A DNA stretch of 64,000 bases from Escherichia phage SP22, in sequence record LC519489.1; one strand, given 5' to 3'. This document shows, in pieces, positions 60,965 through 64,000 of the stretch. Position 1 is the stretch's first letter. Every line of letters begins with the position of its first letter. Made by a program: the position numbers and the translations under genes. The notes under the pieces were generated by a model. The model was not told the DNA's origin. It worked only from the letters and a program-made list of their open reading frames with translations, and ran no database searches.

Positions 60965-61157
60965 TTTTAACCTCTGAATGATACCAAGTATAACAAGCAT
61001 TACATGCGTAAAGCTCTAAGTCATTTTTATCTGGTTTATGGAAACAGTTTGACCCACAACGACACCGGAATAGCTTACCATCAACACGAAGAATGAATGT
61101 TTCAAGCTCACCATCTTCTGTAAGAACTGCGTTCTTAAATTTATCTTCTACAGTCAT
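60939..61157 (-). CDS. small Cys-rich zinc-binding protein
   Basis: CRCGSNC...CNAC motifs. Confidence 0.4.
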   Translation of the reverse strand: MTVEDKFKNAVLTEDGELETFILRVDGKLFRCRCGSNCFHKPDKNDLELYACNACYTWYHSEVKNDNSVQTK

Positions 61158-61459
61158 TTTCTCTTACCACCAATCTCTACGTCGATAACCTGAACATCAC
61201 CAGCAACATCAAACTTATGGATGATGCTTTCCACAGTGTAAGTCCAACCCTCGATGCGAACCAACTCACCTTCTCGTGGGACGATTGGGTTACGTTGAGC
61301 TACGGTTGTAGTGGAGTGAACAACATCATAACAATAGATATAGTTTACTAGGACTTCCATCGTGAAAACCTCACTCAATAACCGTAGTGTGTGATTGACC
61401 ATTTTTCCCATAACTATAAGATGTTGTTGTTTGAGAGTTTGGACATCTGACAACAACAA
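61154..61459 (-). CDS. hypothetical protein
   Basis: ORF track. Confidence 0.4.
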   Translation of the reverse strand: MLLSDVQTLKQQHLIVMGKMVNHTLRLLSEVFTMEVLVNYIYCYDVVHSTTTVAQRNPIVPREGELVRIEGWTYTVESIIHKFDVAGDVQVIDVEIGGKRK

Positions 61460-61628
61460 TATCTCTGCTTATGGCATCACCATGTAACTTATAGACTTTG
61501 CAATCTTGCATCTCTGGTGGGAGGCTATAAGAAGCGTTTTTGTCCTCGTAAGAGGGGTTGCAGCCAGATAGAAAAATTACTCCAAGTGCAACCATTGCTT
61601 TCACACAACTCTTAACCTTATTGTTCAC
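61371..61628 (-). CDS. putative lipoprotein
   Basis: signal peptide + lipobox FLSG-C. Confidence 0.4.
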   Translation of the reverse strand: MNNKVKSCVKAMVALGVIFLSGCNPSYEDKNASYSLPPEMQDCKVYKLHGDAISRDIVVVRCPNSQTTTSYSYGKNGQSHTTVIE

Positions 61629-61760
61629 GATAGTCTACCTCTCTGTATGTTTTTAAATAGTGAGTAATGAGTTCTGGTAATTCACTACGTTTAACGTTTG
61701 AACGAAGAAGTGTCCAGTCAAAACCTTTACCAACCCTTCCCCAGAGACTGTACATTTTCT

Positions 61761-61994
61761 TCATAGCAACTCCAGAATATCAATACGCTCGCCTTTGAGT
61801 ACTCCAGTACGGTCTTTTGCAATCTTACCTTCAACAATAAGAATGTGTGTAGACCTTAAAGTGTCGCTGTTAAAGGTTTTTACGAACCTACTAGGCATGA
61901 CTACAATGCACATCTCCTGAATCAACTCTGGAGTATAGCAGTTGTCGTGAAGTTGCTGAATAACGTCTGCAAGTGTCATTTTTGATGCCTCCAA
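61761..61994 (-). CDS. hypothetical small protein
   Basis: ORF track. Confidence 0.4.
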   Translation of the reverse strand: MEASKMTLADVIQQLHDNCYTPELIQEMCIVVMPSRFVKTFNSDTLRSTHILIVEGKIAKDRTGVLKGERIDILELL

Positions 61995-62185
61995 TACTCA
62001 ATATCAATAAGTTCTTGTGCAATGCTTTTAAGGTTACCTTTCAAGAAAAACTTCTCAGAACCTGAAAGAGATGAATTGTCAATTAACCTGTTCATCCTCT
62101 CAAACAACTTCTGCTTACGATTCTTGATAGTCTCTTTTGAAGCACCTTTCATCATCGCTGCATGGGTTCTTCCACGGTGGCTCAT
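61976..62185 (-). CDS. hypothetical small basic protein
   Basis: ORF track. Confidence 0.4.
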   Translation of the reverse strand: MSHRGRTHAAMMKGASKETIKNRKQKLFERMNRLIDNSSLSGSEKFFLKGNLKSIAQELIDIEYWRHQK

Positions 62186-62236
62186 AAGCCCTCCTATATA
62201 AGATATAGTATAAGGTACTCTTCCATGAGCACCTTG

Positions 62237-62803
62237 TCAACTTAGTTTTGCAAACTCTCCGTGGAGTTTAATAGCAGCTTCACAGTAAGCTTTATGGGCT
62301 TCTTCAGGCGTGTCATAGTAACCTAATGACATCTTTTTACCTTTATAGCTTATTTGCGCAACCCACCTACCAGACTTCTTCTTCAGGCTTACACCTTTAT
62401 AGCCTGATTTATTGGTGGATAGTTTGCTTTTATTCCAAGCACTTTGGCAGTCATCTGCTTCTCTTAAGTTTACAACCCTGTTATCAAGAGAGTCCCCATT
62501 AATATGGTCAATAACACCTTTCGGTAGCCTACCATACACGTACAGCCATGCGAGTCTGTGTGCTTTATGTGCTTTCTTGTCAAAATAGATAGTAATCTGC
62601 TTATGACCAGTTGAGTCAATCTGGATGCTCCCCGCTACCTGTCCGGCGTACTTACTATTAAAGACTTTAACAGCCCTTGAGTCACCATCTCTACGAAGCC
62701 AAGTAAAGACCCCTGTTTCGGGGTCATAGTGTAGTAGTTCCTTTAAACGTTCTTGTGTAATCATTTTGTCACCATTAATGCACTTCCAACCACGATTTAC
62801 CAA
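62237..62803 (-). CDS. HNH homing endonuclease with C-terminal AP2-like DNA-binding domain
   Basis: HNH region HRLAWLYVYG...DHINGDSLDNRVVNLR; AP2-like YKGVS...GRWVAQI...YYDTPEEAHKAY; overlaps the 3' end of the polymerase gene by 29 nt. Confidence 0.7.
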   Translation of the reverse strand: MVNRGWKCINGDKMITQERLKELLHYDPETGVFTWLRRDGDSRAVKVFNSKYAGQVAGSIQIDSTGHKQITIYFDKKAHKAHRLAWLYVYGRLPKGVIDHINGDSLDNRVVNLREADDCQSAWNKSKLSTNKSGYKGVSLKKKSGRWVAQISYKGKKMSLGYYDTPEEAHKAYCEAAIKLHGEFAKLS

Positions 62804-64000
62804 CCTTACCAGTACCAGTTACCAGTGTTTCACTCTTTAGTCCTAAGTTCTTAGAGGCTTGCCCGTAATACCAATCAGTGACAGCCTTCACCTCTGCCGT
62901 CATACTTTCTGGACATTCCCAACTTGTCTCGTCGTGATAGGAGCACAATAAACGAGCACCTATAGCTGGTTTACGACCGTTCAACTTCATCAAACCTTCG
63001 TCAATCATACGACGGCAAGCAAGGTTAATTGCCTCGTTCTGAATCTGACTTTCCGAACCCATGAGCAAATAATTCAACAGTTTGTGTGGAGATTTACACC
63101 ACAACCAAGCTCCAGCAACCTTTACAAAACCTCCTTTAGAGATTGCAGCAGTCTTACCAAACACCTCTTCAAGTGCCTTTTTAGTTGCTTTGTAGTCAGC
63201 TTCCAAGTCATCTAGCAGCTTCTTAATTTTAGGCAAACGAATAAAGTAAGTCTGTTTAGTCAGCGCACCTTCCTGAGTAGTTGCAGCTTTAATCGTCTTA
63301 GCAAACTTCTCATCCCCTGCACCGAACAGTAGTGCATAGATACCATTCTTAGCTTTCTTACGACCTTTACTAATCTCATGAAGAAGATTCTCATCCTGCG
63401 TTGCACGACAAGTCAAGATATCCTGCTCATCATTCAAGCTAAAGTAAATACTGTTCAGTGTGTGTGCATCAGTCCCTGAATAGACAACGTATAGGTCATT
63501 CTCAGAGTCATAGCGAAGGTACTTATCAATCTCTGGGTTGAGGTACTCATCAAAGTGTTTGCAGTAATAGCGTCCATCTTCTTGACGAATGAACTCAATT
63601 TCTTCTTTACCTTGCGTTACCGCTTTGGTGAAGTCTTTATCACCCATAAAGTTACAAAGAAGAACTAGCTGGGCTGAGTTCATATCTACAGAGACAACGT
63701 TAGTACCTTCCTCACAAATCCACACTGCCCTCATTGGTTCCCCATAGACAGCAGCACCAGACGGTACGTTTACAATACCATATTGTGTCATACGTCCAGT
63801 TGAAGTACCAAACACCATTGCACCAGCACTAAGGCGACCATCAGGACGAATCTGGTTCAACCAACCTTTTTCATCATCCTTTGAGTTCTCAATAGTTCTG
63901 CGTCGGTGCATCAAAGTATAGTACTTAGCAATCTTCTGTCCAAGCTCACCTTCAATCGTATCATAAGATGATTCAGTAAGTTTTGGTGAAGTACGGATTA
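62775..64000 (-). CDS. DNA polymerase, family A (C-terminal polymerase domain; gene continues beyond window end)
   Basis: TGR-containing O-helix-like GTSTGRMTQYGIVNVP, motif A VSVDMNSAQLVLL, motif B KNGIYALLFGAG, motif C SYHDE, C-terminal His; reading frame stays open to position 64000. Confidence 0.8.
   Translation of the reverse strand, partial: IRTSPKLTESSYDTIEGELGQKIAKYYTLMHRRRTIENSKDDEKGWLNQIRPDGRLSAGAMVFGTSTGRMTQYGIVNVPSGAAVYGEPMRAVWICEEGTNVVSVDMNSAQLVLLCNFMGDKDFTKAVTQGKEEIEFIRQEDGRYYCKHFDEYLNPEIDKYLRYDSENDLYVVYSGTDAHTLNSIYFSLNDEQDILTCRATQDENLLHEISKGRKKAKNGIYALLFGAGDEKFAKTIKAATTQEGALTKQTYFIRLPKIKKLLDDLEADYKATKKALEEVFGKTAAISKGGFVKVAGAWLWCKSPHKLLNYLLMGSESQIQNEAINLACRRMIDEGLMKLNGRKPAIGARLLCSYHDETSWECPESMTAEVKAVTDWYYGQASKNLGLKSETLVTGTGKVGKSWLEVH

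Noticed and set aside
55946-64000. Group I introns or inteins in thyA or the polymerase gene
   Set aside because: thyA reads as one uninterrupted 299-aa frame with contiguous conserved blocks; polymerase motifs A, B and C are contiguous. The HNH gene sits downstream of the polymerase stop, not within it.

Overview
This window is a 64-kb stretch of a large virulent tailed dsDNA phage genome, with no integrase or other sign of a prophage. No database search or RNA folding tool was available, so all calls rest on motifs read by eye, gene order and size. Layout: (1) 1-7.7 kb, + strand: rIIA-like GHKL ATPase, putative rIIB, a secreted transglycosylase-like protein, an overlapping membrane-protein/lipoprotein pair and a macro-domain protein. 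(2) 7.8-14.0 kb: a hyperplastic early region of 14 small ORFs, each preceded by one of two repeated cassette types (sigma70-like promoter + 5' stem-loop + conserved leader, or hairpin + the same leader). (3) 14.0-15.6 kb: an ORF-free region packed with CTTGTTAAG-type short repeats, where transcription converges. (4) 15.6-23.3 kb, - strand: 18 small genes including a GH24 lysozyme and two tandem paralogs, one with an Ig-like domain. (5) 23.5-25.4 kb: a vWA-domain (possibly Ro60-like) protein. (6) 25.6-32.0 kb: about 27 tRNA or tRNA-like genes with three HNH endonuclease genes, covarying hairpin elements and tRNA fragments. (7) 32.2-55.9 kb: the structural module from large terminase to tail fibres, with a contractile-tail gene order and a -1 frameshift site in the tail chaperone gene. 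(8) 55.9-64.0 kb, - strand: thymidylate synthase, DHFR, ATP-dependent ligase, an HNH-AP2 endonuclease and the 3' part of a family-A DNA polymerase. Most small ORFs have no assignable function; the most unusual signals are the repeat-dense ORF-free region, the cassette array and the mosaic tRNA cluster.
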